From positions 186,001 to 250,000 of the IMG/VR virus record IMGVR_UViG_3300005965_000002: a stretch of 64,000 nt of DNA; one strand, given 5' to 3'. The notes beneath the pieces were generated by a model that saw nothing but the letters and a program-made list of their open reading frames with translations, had not been told where the DNA came from and made no database searches. Within the stretch, counting starts at the first letter, position 1. Each line of letters opens with the position of its first letter. A program made the position numbers and the translations under genes. Of the stretch, positions 1 to 12,500 are shown piece after piece.

Positions 1-2
1 CA

Positions 3-890
3 GATGGGACTGTAGGTAAAGGTAAAGAACCAAGTTATCCTGGTAAAGTTTTAAAGGGTTACGTATATAGATTTCAGGAAGGCAGGCTTAATATAAATGA
101 TACAGAACGAGTGCAGTTAGATAGCGTTGTATCAGCTCAGGTAGAGTTAGAAAGAAGGCAGAGAGAGCTGTCGAACGCAAGAGATGAAAGCGCGGTAGAA
201 AAGTTGAACAGGGAGATAAGACAGCTCCAGAACGACATATTAAAAGATACTCTTCAAAGAGCTAATAATATAGTAAGCGGACCAAAGACCACAGGGCTAT
301 ATGATGTTGACTTAGCTCAAAAGAAAGCCATAACTATAGATAATGCAGGGACACAAGATGCAATAGTTTCTAATGAGCTATTAATGATAACAGACGAAAC
401 CGTTCCTTATACCGATTTAAATGGATACAGGCATATAGGGGCTTTTCCTTATGGGGCCAATTTAAAACTGGTAAGAGGCGGAATTACAGATGCTTTTAAC
501 AGAGCGGATGAGACAGATGCACAGGTATCTAGATTAGTCACTGCTGGTCCCTATCAGGAAGTTAAAACTAATGTATACAGGAATAATAACGATGAAACTA
601 TATATCAGTTTGGTAGAGATTCTTTGGAAGAAATAGACGAAAAAACATTTAATCAGCTAATAGAGAACCAGCAAAAAGCAGTGGAAGATGCTGAGCAAGA
701 TAGAAGAAACGGAGTGAAGGTAAGGCCAGATTTTAAAAATGATCCTAACTACAATCCTAAAACTCCCTTAAAAGCGGAGAAAACTACGGATGTTATTGTG
801 AACGCAAGTCCTAGAAATACCGGTGACTCTTCAATAGGTATCAGACCGGGACGCCAAGAGCGGCCTTCATCAGGAAATACCTTAGTGTAA
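3..890 (+). CDS. C-terminal part of a virion structural protein entering from upstream, possibly baseplate hub (5' truncated)
   Basis: The frame of ORF 111..890 is open back to position 3 (DGTVGKGKEPSYPGK...), so the gene starts outside the window. The hub call rests only on position directly before the spike gene and is inference. Confidence 0.45.
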   Translation, partial: DGTVGKGKEPSYPGKVLKGYVYRFQEGRLNINDTERVQLDSVVSAQVELERRQRELSNARDESAVEKLNREIRQLQNDILKDTLQRANNIVSGPKTTGLYDVDLAQKKAITIDNAGTQDAIVSNELLMITDETVPYTDLNGYRHIGAFPYGANLKLVRGGITDAFNRADETDAQVSRLVTAGPYQEVKTNVYRNNNDETIYQFGRDSLEEIDEKTFNQLIENQQKAVEDAEQDRRNGVKVRPDFKNDPNYNPKTPLKAEKTTDVIVNASPRNTGDSSIGIRPGRQERPSSGNTLV

Positions 891-902
891 TAAGGAAAAA
901 AT

Positions 903-2942
903 ATGTTACAAGCAAAAGACTTATCATTAAGTGGTAGAAGAGTTCCTTCGGGTGACAGGCCACCACCAGGCTTCAGAAAACGCAATGATATGACCTTCCA
1001 GATGGGTCTGGTCAGATTAGTCAATGTCGAAAAAATGAGAATGAATATTGAGCTGTTTGATCGTAGGGGTACTCATATTAATATACCGATCAGTCAGCCC
1101 TACTCGGGTCCGGGTAGTTATATAGCTTCTACTCCTGAAATAGGATCAATTGTTTTATTAGCAGTCCAGGAAAATCTAACTATTCCTATAATGTACTTAC
1201 CTAATTATGCTTCAGCTCTTGATCCTACTCATACTCAAATGTGGCCCGATAGCGTTGATATTTTTGCGGATAATGATTACTTCTATAGAATGCCTCAGCT
1301 CCGAAAGGGAGAAATTGGATTAGGATCTTCTGAGGGTATCGATATACTCCTAAATGATAGTTTCTCTGTCCAAAACAGTTTAGGTGATAAGCTTGAGCTT
1401 AGGAGAGCAGATAAATCTTTCATCCTTACCGCAAGAAATAGCTATTTCTTTAATGGCGGAATTTGGCTAAATTCAGGTATAATTTATCGGAATAGTCTAG
1501 GGAAGGAAAACACTCAGGACGGCCAATTTGCCCAAAGGATCCCGCTTGAGGATGGTAGGTCTGCTTTTGCCTTGAAATATTCCGGAAAGGGTGCCGAAGG
1601 TGATTACTTTTCTGAATATTTAATAGAAGCGGAAGAAAAGACTAGTGGGGATGTACCCAGTAACGACGTTAGCCATTATAAGAACATTGGGGCCCGGGTA
1701 CCTATAGCTGTCTTCAGTCTTGGAAACTTTTCAGGAAACAATCCCTATAAGAGAAAATCTTATGGTAAGCTGCTGGGGGTATCTCTATTTAACGACGGGT
1801 TTGCTGAGGATGGCGCTTTTGATTTAAGGGCTTTAAGTAATGAGGATCCAAAGCGCTACGGTATGGCAGTTACTCTGTATAAGCCTGAAAGAAGGAATTA
1901 TGAGACCGGGGCTTTTTTCGGTATAGATAAAGAGGGTCACTTTTATCAGCATATACCTGCAGCTTCTGGCGGAGGTTTAGGGCGAGGACGCTCTATGTCT
2001 ATTCTTGCCAGAGGCAATAAAAAAGAAGTCTGGGGACAAGAGACTCAATACGGAAATTCATGGGATTTAGTCACCGAAGGCGGAATACGGTGGGTAGTCG
2101 GAAGGCATAATGATAGAGAGTCTGATTATAAGCAAAGAAGCATTGATATTAGGACGAGCTCATCTGTTTACTTTCAGTTCGGAGAAGATGTTGATACCTC
2201 TATTTTTGATATTGATACCATTAACAGTAAAAACCCACAACCAATTACCAATTTTAAGAAATACTCTAAGATAGAGCGCCAGGATAGAGCTGAACGAACA
2301 GAGGTTGCTGGTAATAAAGAAGCCATTGTTGGGGGGAGTGATAAACTTCATATTTCTGGAATGAAGCAGGTTGTCATTTCAGGGAGTAATACAGTCCAGG
2401 TAGGTAACGGAATGAACGTTACAGTAGGCGATGTTTACTCAGTTAAGGTAACTAAAGAGTGCCAGGAAACCTTTGGTAGTAGGGTGACTACGATAACAGC
2501 GGGCAGCAATGAGCTCGTTATAGACCCAAAACCAAACCCAGCCCGGGGAGATATAATTGAACGAATCAAAAGCGTTAGGGGAAATAGAACTCTTACAATA
2601 GAAAAAAACGGAAATATCGAAGAAACTATTAATGGGCGGGGAAATAAAGAATTTAGTACTAGAAATGGTAATTTTTCTGCGGATATCGCCACTCGTGGAG
2701 ATATTACTTTAAAAACTAATTCCGGAAAGATAGTTTATGAGACAGGGACAGGTTCCATAGATTTAAGAGGTAGACGAAAGATATTGTTACAGACTGCGGC
2801 TAAAGTAGAACTAGATGGCTCAAGTGTTGAGTTAAAAGGATCTGGCGGGCTGCTCAGTGGGGTGATTACAGAAAGATCCCATTTCGATTATGTAACGGGT
2901 GCTCCTTTGCAGCCCTCACGCACAGTAAAAGCGACTTTATAA
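903..2942 (+). CDS. Baseplate central spike protein (gp5/gpV/VgrG-like), 679 aa
   Basis: N-terminal OB-fold-like segment (GLVRLVNVEK...QPYSGPGSYIASTPEIGSIVLLA). C-terminal ~8-residue V/I-x-G beta-repeats (EVAGNKEAIVGGSDKLHISGMKQVVISGSNTVQVGNGMNVTVGD) typical of gp5 C-terminal helices. AAGGA upstream of the ATG. Confidence 0.8.
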   Translation: MLQAKDLSLSGRRVPSGDRPPPGFRKRNDMTFQMGLVRLVNVEKMRMNIELFDRRGTHINIPISQPYSGPGSYIASTPEIGSIVLLAVQENLTIPIMYLPNYASALDPTHTQMWPDSVDIFADNDYFYRMPQLRKGEIGLGSSEGIDILLNDSFSVQNSLGDKLELRRADKSFILTARNSYFFNGGIWLNSGIIYRNSLGKENTQDGQFAQRIPLEDGRSAFALKYSGKGAEGDYFSEYLIEAEEKTSGDVPSNDVSHYKNIGARVPIAVFSLGNFSGNNPYKRKSYGKLLGVSLFNDGFAEDGAFDLRALSNEDPKRYGMAVTLYKPERRNYETGAFFGIDKEGHFYQHIPAASGGGLGRGRSMSILARGNKKEVWGQETQYGNSWDLVTEGGIRWVVGRHNDRESDYKQRSIDIRTSSSVYFQFGEDVDTSIFDIDTINSKNPQPITNFKKYSKIERQDRAERTEVAGNKEAIVGGSDKLHISGMKQVVISGSNTVQVGNGMNVTVGDVYSVKVTKECQETFGSRVTTITAGSNELVIDPKPNPARGDIIERIKSVRGNRTLTIEKNGNIEETINGRGNKEFSTRNGNFSADIATRGDITLKTNSGKIVYETGTGSIDLRGRRKILLQTAAKVELDGSSVELKGSGGLLSGVITERSHFDYVTGAPLQPSRTVKATL

Positions 2943-3559
2943 TGCCTGTAGTGCCAACAGCTATAACAGCAGCTATTAATGCTCAATTTGCTGCCGTTGG
3001 GTTTTCCGGTAGAAACGACTTTGATATCGCAGTTGCTATTGGTAATGGGGTAGGAAATTACATGATTACTCCAAATTTAGTAACGGGCACCTTATCAGGT
3101 ACAGCGGGCCCTACTTCAAGCGTAAGTAGCTTGGCTGTGATAGGGCTAGTACCCCAAGTAATGTCTGGCTTTATGGTACAAAGAGCAGCCGGAAGCGATG
3201 TTCGGGGTAGAGATGTCTTTAAATTTTTTAATGCCGTATCTACTGGGATAGTGACCGTGCTACAGACTGCTTTTTTAACAGGTACCGCTGTAGGGATAGG
3301 GCCTGGTGGAGGGATAGGGAGATTCACCACCGTTAATGAACAGGCTATTTCCAGTCTGGTTAATGCACAGTTTGTGGCTAAAAATATAACGGGCAGGGAT
3401 GCATTTAAGATAGCTAATGCGATAGGATTTGGTATCGCAAACCATTTAAGAACGTCAGTTACTTTTTCATTAGTAGCTATGGGAGCCGTAGCGCCTGTTC
3501 CGCCTGTTGGTCCGGTACCAGTCGCTGGGATTCCTACTGTAACTACAAAGATTAGTTAA
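2942..3559 (+). CDS. Small Gly/Ala-rich structural protein made of three internal repeats; candidate spike-tip protein
   Basis: TAATG overlap with the spike stop. Three ~65-aa repeats, each containing G-R-[ND]. Confidence 0.6.
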   Translation: MPVVPTAITAAINAQFAAVGFSGRNDFDIAVAIGNGVGNYMITPNLVTGTLSGTAGPTSSVSSLAVIGLVPQVMSGFMVQRAAGSDVRGRDVFKFFNAVSTGIVTVLQTAFLTGTAVGIGPGGGIGRFTTVNEQAISSLVNAQFVAKNITGRDAFKIANAIGFGIANHLRTSVTFSLVAMGAVAPVPPVGPVPVAGIPTVTTKIS

Positions 3560-3570
3560 TAGAGGATTAC

Positions 3571-6500
3571 ATGTCATCAGAAGTATATAATTTAGTAACG
3601 CTTGATGTAGACAAAACAGTTACTCGCGGGGCAAGAGTCAGTTTTAAAAATAGCCCCACGACACCTCCCCTTATTGCAGTAGCGGATGCGGACCTATGCT
3701 GCACAGGCGCTAACTATTTAGTTCGTTCCTCTTTGGAAGGTAACAATCTTAAAGGTTATGCCAAATTTAATAAAAATAGTTCATTAGTGGAAAACGTTAC
3801 CGGAATAGAAGGAATTACCGGTGGAGATATAATTAGAAATGATTCCGATAATACTTTCTATACTGTAACAGGAATACAGGGGGATAGCCTCTATTTAACT
3901 TCTCGATACCAGGGGGATACCTCTGAAGGGCCAGCGACTCTTAGAAAAGTCAGACTAGGAAGCGCAAAATTCGAGTATTTAAAAAGTTATCAAGATGATA
4001 ACACTTTAGTTTATAATCAAGCAGATCAGGTATGGGAGCCCCTAGGCATCGAGATGAAGGGCCCTGTTGAAACCAGTAGCTCAGTATTAAAACCCTTTAG
4101 CGGAGACGAGCTAGGAATTCAGTTTCAAAAATCGGAAAACCCGAATGAGCCAGATTTAGCCACGGTAAAAAGTGTTTATAAGACTTTAGTATCAAGGACT
4201 CAAAGAGAGATACAGGATCTTTCTTTATCCCCTATTCCATACCCCCACGAAAGCCTAAAGGTTTATTTTGGCCCTGATGGTAATGTGGAATTAAAGGAGG
4301 AAGGAAAAGATTATGTAGTAAACTATTCTTCTAACCCTACTCTGTTATCTTCCCATCCACCTTTTGAAGATAGACAAGTTGCTTATATCAAATTCCTGGA
4401 AGAATTAGACAATACTACTCAAATAGAGTCTTTAGCTGGAAACTTCCCAGGTTCTTTCAGTATTATAAAGCGAGATGTCATTCCCGGGTCAGATGATTTA
4501 GTAACACCCATTCAGGATATTATATCGGGTACCGAAGACATTAAAGTTGGAGGTGAGACTCAGACCAGGTATAAGGATTATGACATCGATTACCCAAGTG
4601 GTAACGTTACCTTCATTGAGCATCAGAATTCAGAACTACTAATAGATAATATCACTTTCCCCACCAATTTGATTTGGGACGGGGTTAGCATAATAAGGGG
4701 TGTGACTAAGGATAAAGTAGAGGATGAATCAAATCTAATAATCCCACCAGTAACAGGTTTACCAGGAATTTCCGAAACACTATACTTCGAAGATAATGAT
4801 TCTAGAGCATTGGTAAAAAACGCTGACTATATACTAGAGTACAATTCTGGAGCTATAAGCATAGAAACAGATCTGGAAGAAGGAAGCGCACTACTACTTT
4901 CATACTTCGTAGAGGGAGAGGATCAAGAAAAAGAAGACCTGCCGCTTACAAACATTAGAACTGATAAGTTTCCTATACAACCGGACACATTAACGTTAAT
5001 CAAAAAATGGCGCAACAGTGAAACTCAAAAAACGGGTACTACAGTTTTAGTAGAGGGCGTGGATTATGAGATATTTTATTTGACAGGAAAAATTAGATTA
5101 TTGCGGACTATCGAAGGGGAAGAGATTAGGAGTTTGCAGGCCACATATACGCCCCTTACTCAGATAAATGCGATAATCCAGCCTACAGGGTCCCCAGGAT
5201 TTTATCAGTTTACTTTAGTAGATGATATTCTTGATAACGTGGATGTAAGCAATCTCAGGTTTCTGGTGAGAAACCCATCGGTATCAATAGCCTCTGAAGA
5301 TCCCTTTAAGGACGCTGGTGATCCTGATAGGTATAGCTTTGAGAATGATATAGAGCAGATTACTGCTGTAAAAATAAGAGGGAAAGAAGAATTTAATGTT
5401 GAAGATATTAGTTATGATCCTAAAACAAAAGAGATACAACTAGGTAAATCCCAAAATGCTGAGATAACAATGGAGCAGTATGACGTGGCGTTAGCTACCT
5501 ATAGGTACACGTCTGACACTGTTCCTTACGCTCCTGTTATACCCTTTTTCCCAATTTTTGCTGAGGGAAGTGACTCTTTTGTTATAGAGGGGTTTGATAA
5601 GACAGATGTTATTAGAACAGGGATGGTGATTCGGATAGATAATTTTGATCCGGAGAATACATACTATTTCAAAGTGAAATCGATATCTTATGATGGGGAT
5701 AATACCACAGTAACTATCTCAGGAATTTTTCCCGAAAATATTACAAATCCAACATTTTTCTTGTTTGATGATTTTATTACATGGGAATCTTTGCCTAGCG
5801 GGACACTAGTGGACAGAACGTCCTTAATAGGTTCGACACAGCTACGGTTCAAGAATAACCCGCTCTCGGTATTAAATCAAATGCGTAATGATAAGATACT
5901 GATGATCAATGATTCCTTTATCCATACTATTCTGTCAGCCGAAGTAGATGAAAGTGATCCGGATATCATAAATGTTTCCGTATTCCCAGCCCTACAGGAC
6001 GCGCCCTCTGGCACTGTAGTGGTGTCAAACACTCCCGTATATTCTGAAGGGGATACTGATCTTTTTGCAGAGTATCCTGTCTTGGATGACCCGGCAGAGC
6101 CTGCTTTTAGAATATCTTATAATGCTCCTGAAGGTTATGAGGGATCCGGAACTATAGCGGTGGATACAGAGAAGATCATACTTAGGGAGAACGTAGAAGG
6201 TAATGTAAATCCTAACTCTTATGAGTATAAATTTAGCGACTATTCTAATATTCGGGAATTAGCTGAGGCTATTGATGATACCCAGTCTACTTTTCCCTCT
6301 ATTAATAGTAAGATACCAAGTTATAGGCCTTTTACTTTTAACCCCGATGGGGTTGAAGAGTACTACCTGCCATCAAATAATTATAGCGCAGATTTAGTTA
6401 TTCCTTTCGAAGAAGGAGAAAAAGAAAATCTGCCTTATATGATCACAGTAACTCCCGAGTTATTTAAATGGAAGCTCGTTAGTGCCTACAAGAACAGGGA

Positions 6501-9500
6501 ATATTTCGAGGTAGAAGACAGAGACAGGACCGACCTTTTTAGTTCAGGAGCTCTGATAGCCTTTAAGACCAGAGATACGGGTACTGATTATTTTTACGAA
6601 GTAAAAGAATCAGAGTACGACGACAGCAGTGATCCTGCGAAGACAAAAGTAACCATTAAAGGGACTTTTTCTGATAATTTAATTAATCCCTATATTTATC
6701 GTTATGCTCGGCCTTCTTGGAGGAATGTTGTTACTGATATTGTGTCTATAGATAGGGATAATTCTATAGTTATTTTTTCAGGTGACATCTCTAGAACTGT
6801 AAAAGTAAATACTTTGGTGAGATTTGGTAGTACTTATGTTTATTCTATAAATAAAATAGAAGTTATTTCTGGAAATACTTTGGCATACTTAGAACCAAAC
6901 ATAGATCTAAATGTAAGAGATGAAAAATTTTTTAACTATGTTGAGTTTTCTGATGTCCCTGTAATTCTAGATGGAGTTACCAGACAACCCAATTTTACAA
7001 TTACTTACAAGGCTCCTAGCGGGTATGTGGGAAAAGGCTATGTTGAAATAACAGATGATTTTTTAAAACTTACAGAAGTTTTAGATGGATCGAAAAGCGC
7101 TGACAAAGAGTTTAAGTTTTCGGACTACAATGATCTTAACCAACTAGTAGCTGACATTGATTCTTTTGATGACTTTAACATCCCAGGATATTCCCCTTTT
7201 TCTGCTGATGCGAGCGCCTACGAGGAAGAGCTTGAAGCTGGTAAACTGGAAACATTTTCTTTAGCAGAGACTCCAAAGACAGAAGTTTCGTATAATGTAA
7301 AAATTGCTAAATCTACATTTGAAATTACTTACACAAGCCCTGTTGGATATAGCAATACGGCTAAAATTGAGTTTTACAGTGACCAGATGAAAGTAATCGA
7401 ATCCGGATCTGGAAGCGATATTAAAACTTCTACCATAACATTTGTCGGGAAATCCATATATGACATAGTATCTGAGATTCAAGATATTGAATCTTTAGTG
7501 CCTGGTAACAATCCTTTTTCGGTTGACCTAAAGAATACAGAGGAATTTGTAGGTAGAGGCGATCCAGGTAAATATCAAGTTGCAGGGAACCCGGAAAAGG
7601 TTACGCTAGATAATCCTTATCGAGTAAAATGTATTGTTTTTGAAGATTGGTGGTCCCAACTTATACGGATTAATGAAAATAGATTAGTGGAAAACAATGA
7701 TTATACCATTGAAGGGGGCTCTGTTGTACTAAGTGATACAGTAGAAAAAGGTGATAGATTCCGAATAAGCTATATGGGACTAGACACCTTACCGCAGAGT
7801 GGTGGAGAGGCTATTACATGTAGCTGCAGGTTTATCTCAGTTCTGCCTGAAGGGTACAGAGTCGATGTTTATATGGATTATTTAAATATCGATCAATTTT
7901 ACCTACAGACTCTTACTGAAAGATTTTTCTTAGAGATAGTCACAGCCCCACAGGTTGAACAGTTATTAAGGACAAAAACCGGTGGTGGTGGTAACGGTGC
8001 AGATACTGGAGATAGCGGGGAGATTCCGGTATACGAAGGTGGAGCAGTCAATAGTCAGTACCGGCTTAGGGACGAACAGATAAAGAAAGAACTATATCTA
8101 AAAATATTTGAGTGGTACAAGCAGCGTCGGAGGAATTTTACCTCTGAGGCTCAGTTAATAATGGGATTTAAATACGGCAACTGTCCCCATGTTGCTTATC
8201 AGGACGGGAGGTTTACTTTATCGGATAGCGCTGTTGAGGGACCTCAATACTCAATGATCACTAATAGCGATATAGAACAAATTAATAATGACTCCTCTAG
8301 ATTTTTCCCTCTTGGGTATGATGGCAGTGCTCCTGTTTATATAGACAGATTAGGTGATAAGTATATATCCTATAACGAAGTCTATCCTTACAATGTTAGG
8401 TATGTTTTCGAGGATGGATCTCCTGATGTACTAGAGGGTAGAGTCAAGTCCGTAAATCCTTATTGGACTCAAAATTTAGATTTCGAAATTTTGCAAAATG
8501 AATCCAATACTATTGTGGCACCGTATAATATGCCATTTGAGGAGTATGATAGAACATTCTTTTCCGACGATAAGAAGACGAACTTTTTGAAGAGAATTTC
8601 AGTAGGTGACAAATTTAGGATAGAAGGAAAGAAAAACAGGTATACCATAGGAAAAATAGAAGTAGGTAAGGATAGTAGAGTAGGAGGCACTTATGAAGTG
8701 CTGGTTATGGAGGACGGTAAGTATTTCACTGAAAGCGGCATTCAGACAATTGCTATACAGGTAAAAGAAGATGGAAGAAAAGTAAGGGAAGAAGTAGTAA
8801 AAGAATTTTTTGGTGACCAGGTAAAAACAAAAAGTTTTTCAGAATTTGAGTCCTTCTATGCAGGAGAAGGCTATAAATTAGAGGTGCAAACATTTAATCC
8901 AGCTTTTTTCCCAGCGTATGATGATAATTTTAATTTGGGTGTAAAGATAGAAGGAAAAGACATTGATGGGAAGGTCCCAAATAAAAATCAAATCAAAAAA
9001 TTTGGGCGTTTTAATTTCTTTGCTGCTCTTTTTGCGCTAGTACCTGGCGAATATGATCCAGCAGAAAACTTTAGATTACAAGCCGGGCACTTAGATGAAG
9101 ATTCTTTGACTTTCGTGCCTGAAGAAACTATTACTGTAAACATCGCTGATTTGAATTATTTCCAGGAAAGAAATGTAATTAACGTACAGGACGCTCTGTA
9201 TAAGAATACGGATGGTGACGCTGATGATAATGATAAGCCTGGGTTGAGTAAATATTTCTATCTTTCCCTGGAGCGCGTATACGTAGCAGGCTCAGAAGAA
9301 GGATATGTAGAAGGATTTGTTCTTAGATCAAGGGATAAAAATAAAGTCTTTAGATTTTTATTAGAAGATGGATTAGACGTAGCTGACCAGTATGGATATA
9401 GAGATATTGATGAAACTACGGGCAATAGTATAGTATACGAAAATTTCTATGATCCCAATAATATTTATAGATGGCTTCTTAAAGAGCAGCAGGCATGGCT

Positions 9501-12500
9501 TACGGAGGAAGCAATAATTAGAGATGTTTTTGATGTAAGCGATAAAATTGGTAGAGCTTTTGAGGCCGCTATCCTAAACGGATCCATAAGTGGTTTTAAA
9601 GACGATCTTATAAGTATAAGTAATGTACTAGATGTGAGAATCCCAAGGTATATGGACCACTTACTATTCCTTACCGGAATGACTTCGGAACAGGGTCCTA
9701 TTGAAAGGACAATGGAAGAGGTTATTATCTCTGAGACTGGTGAGCTTAGTTTTGCTTCCCCTGCTATTAAGGAATCTTATGAAGACGCAGCAGGAAAGAC
9801 AGGGACAAAAGGAGCAATCCAGGTATATCAGGATTTTTTGAATGAGCAGAATTTAGCGATATCGGTAAATGCTAGTAACAGGTCTATATGGATCACGGAC
9901 TATATCAGGTGGGTTTTGAGCCTAAATGAAGGAACGGTTTTTCAGAAAGAAGCACGCAGGCAGTACGATTTGTTGAGGCAAGATATTGATATAGGTTTCT
10001 TATCTTTTGATGCTGTGTCTTTGCGGTATAACCAGAACCCGGAAGCATATCTATTATCTAATCCTAAGTACGGAGTTTATAGCTATTCTAATTCTGGCCC
10101 GTCATTAGTGCTCCAGGTAGAAGCAGACAGTGTAAGTAATTCAGAAGATCAAGGTGTCAGAACATTCGTATTTCCATTTAGAGAGCACACAACCCTAAGC
10201 TCGTTAATTTCAGCCGTAAACAGCCAAGCTAAAGTTGGTAATGAACAGCTCTTTTCTGCTCAGCTAATCTTTGCTCATTACCCTAAAGGAAACTATACAA
10301 CTCAGAGGTTGGTATATACGGATGGTTTATTAAGCATAGATGATGACACTGTCTCGATACAGGCTTCTAACGTTTCTGACCACAGAAAAAATGATAGTAG
10401 AGTGCTTTTCCTTGATAAACGTAGGGAGCAGCGTCTTATCCTCGATAATGCCGATAGTACCGCTATTGAGCCGTTTCCTACTTATGTAAGTAACGGAGAC
10501 CCAAATAAGAAATTCATAGACGATCTGAATATTAAAGTACCCGGCAGGTGGGCTCGGGTACCGGAAGATTTTCCTGAAGGCTATTTTGATGTCCTTAAAA
10601 TAGGTCCTTATAATTCAAATTGGTCTATTTCCTATACCTTTGAAGATACTTATAAGGATGGAACAACAAGGGACGACATTACTACGCCAGAAGATGTTAT
10701 CGATAGGTATAACGAGCAAAGCCGGGTAGATATAGATAAAGATACATGGGAAGTTCTTCTATCTCGTGGTAACAAGAGTCGCCCCGAGACTTTCCTCTTG
10801 AAGAAATTAATAATCACGAAGAAAGGCGTTACCTCGTTCGATGAGGAATTCGACTTAAGGAGATACGAGGATATCTCCAGTCTTGTTACCGCTATTAATT
10901 CTGCTAAAGATGATCAGGGTAATAGGCTTTTCAAAGCCGAGGTCGTAGGAGAAGAAAACATTCAAGGCAGAATGAAAAGTTATGAGCTAAAGGCGGACTA
11001 TGAGAGGCAGATATTGAAGGTATTAGTTGGGGTAGACGTAGATACTACCGATACTGAATCAGTCCAATATTATCTAAGAGATTTTCCGGTGGGATGGAAG
11101 GTGGCAACTGTAGAATTAGACCCGGGGCAAACCGCTACTATAGAAATTAACCCTAAAAGATATAGTTTACTTGAAAATTATGCTTTTTTACCGGAGCCCC
11201 CAGAGCAGGCCCGGGATACCGCTCTTTCTAACCAGAAAATAGATATTTTGCCTTTTGATCTTTATACATGGGCGGAAAACGGGTCATATAAAATCGAGTA
11301 CGAGGTGTCTGGGGACACAGTAATCAAAAATAGTTTAATACTATCAAGCGATAGAGGTACTTGTACGATACCTCTCAAGGAAGAAGAGCTTTTATACGAT
11401 TATTCTGGTGACGGCAAGGGTTTAATTAACAGGATCAACAGAAATCCTGATTGTAACAGGTATTGGTATGCAAATCTAAAATTTGGAAGAAAGGGAAAAA
11501 ATAATTTTGTGTACACCTATCTTCCTAAGACTAAATCTACCTCTGTGCCTAAAGCATCTTTAGAGGATTTATACCTGGATAAAGATTCTGCTTTAACAAT
11601 AGAATCCGATGGGATCAATTTTGAATATCAGGTAGTTCCTACGGATACTCTACCATCTCCGATAGATCTAGACACAGTATATGAGTCTAAGCAATTAAAT
11701 TTAGAAGCTGATATAGGTGCTATAAGGTTAAGCTTTGGGGATGGGTACACTAACAGTACTCAGGGGACTTACACGATAGACGGAACAGCAGAGACCCTAT
11801 CTTTTTCAGTGAGCTATGAGTATGATTATGAATATTCGGTATCATTTAATCTATCATCTTATACCTTAGACGACTTAAAAGATGCTATTAATGGTGAGCG
11901 GGATCCTGTTACTAATACTGATTTATTTAACGCTTCCCGTGGCGTAGGGGTGCCAGAATCTGAACCAGCAAGTAAGTTGGTTGTACAGTCAGGGGATCTT
12001 CCGGGTACGTTGCTGAAATCTGATTCTCCTTCTGAGGCTATAGTTATTTCCTTATTACCCCCGGATCCTTCGTACACGGTTAGATCGGCTAGGTATTCTG
12101 TATCCCCTGGTGGGACACTTACATTACAGGCTACCTTAAGGTACACAGGAACATTTAATCCTCCTGCATTTAATCTATTAAGCGCGTCTTATGGTACTTT
12201 GCAGAATCTTACTGAGGCTATCGGAGACCTAAAACCGGATTCAGCCTTTAATAGTATATTTAATGCTGAGCTGTTAATACCAGATGATGATTCTACTGAT
12301 TTATTAGATTCGGGAGGCGCTCAAGCGTTAGGGGAGTTCTCATATTTACGTTTACAATCAGTTAAATCATACGATATTACTAATATTACTTTAAACGGAT
12401 TAGTATCCTCTATTAACAATGATGCTGATAGTACCGGGTTTACGGCTACCGCTGTTGAAGGGTATGGTACTTATCCAGCTAAGTATTTAGTGCCTAGTTC

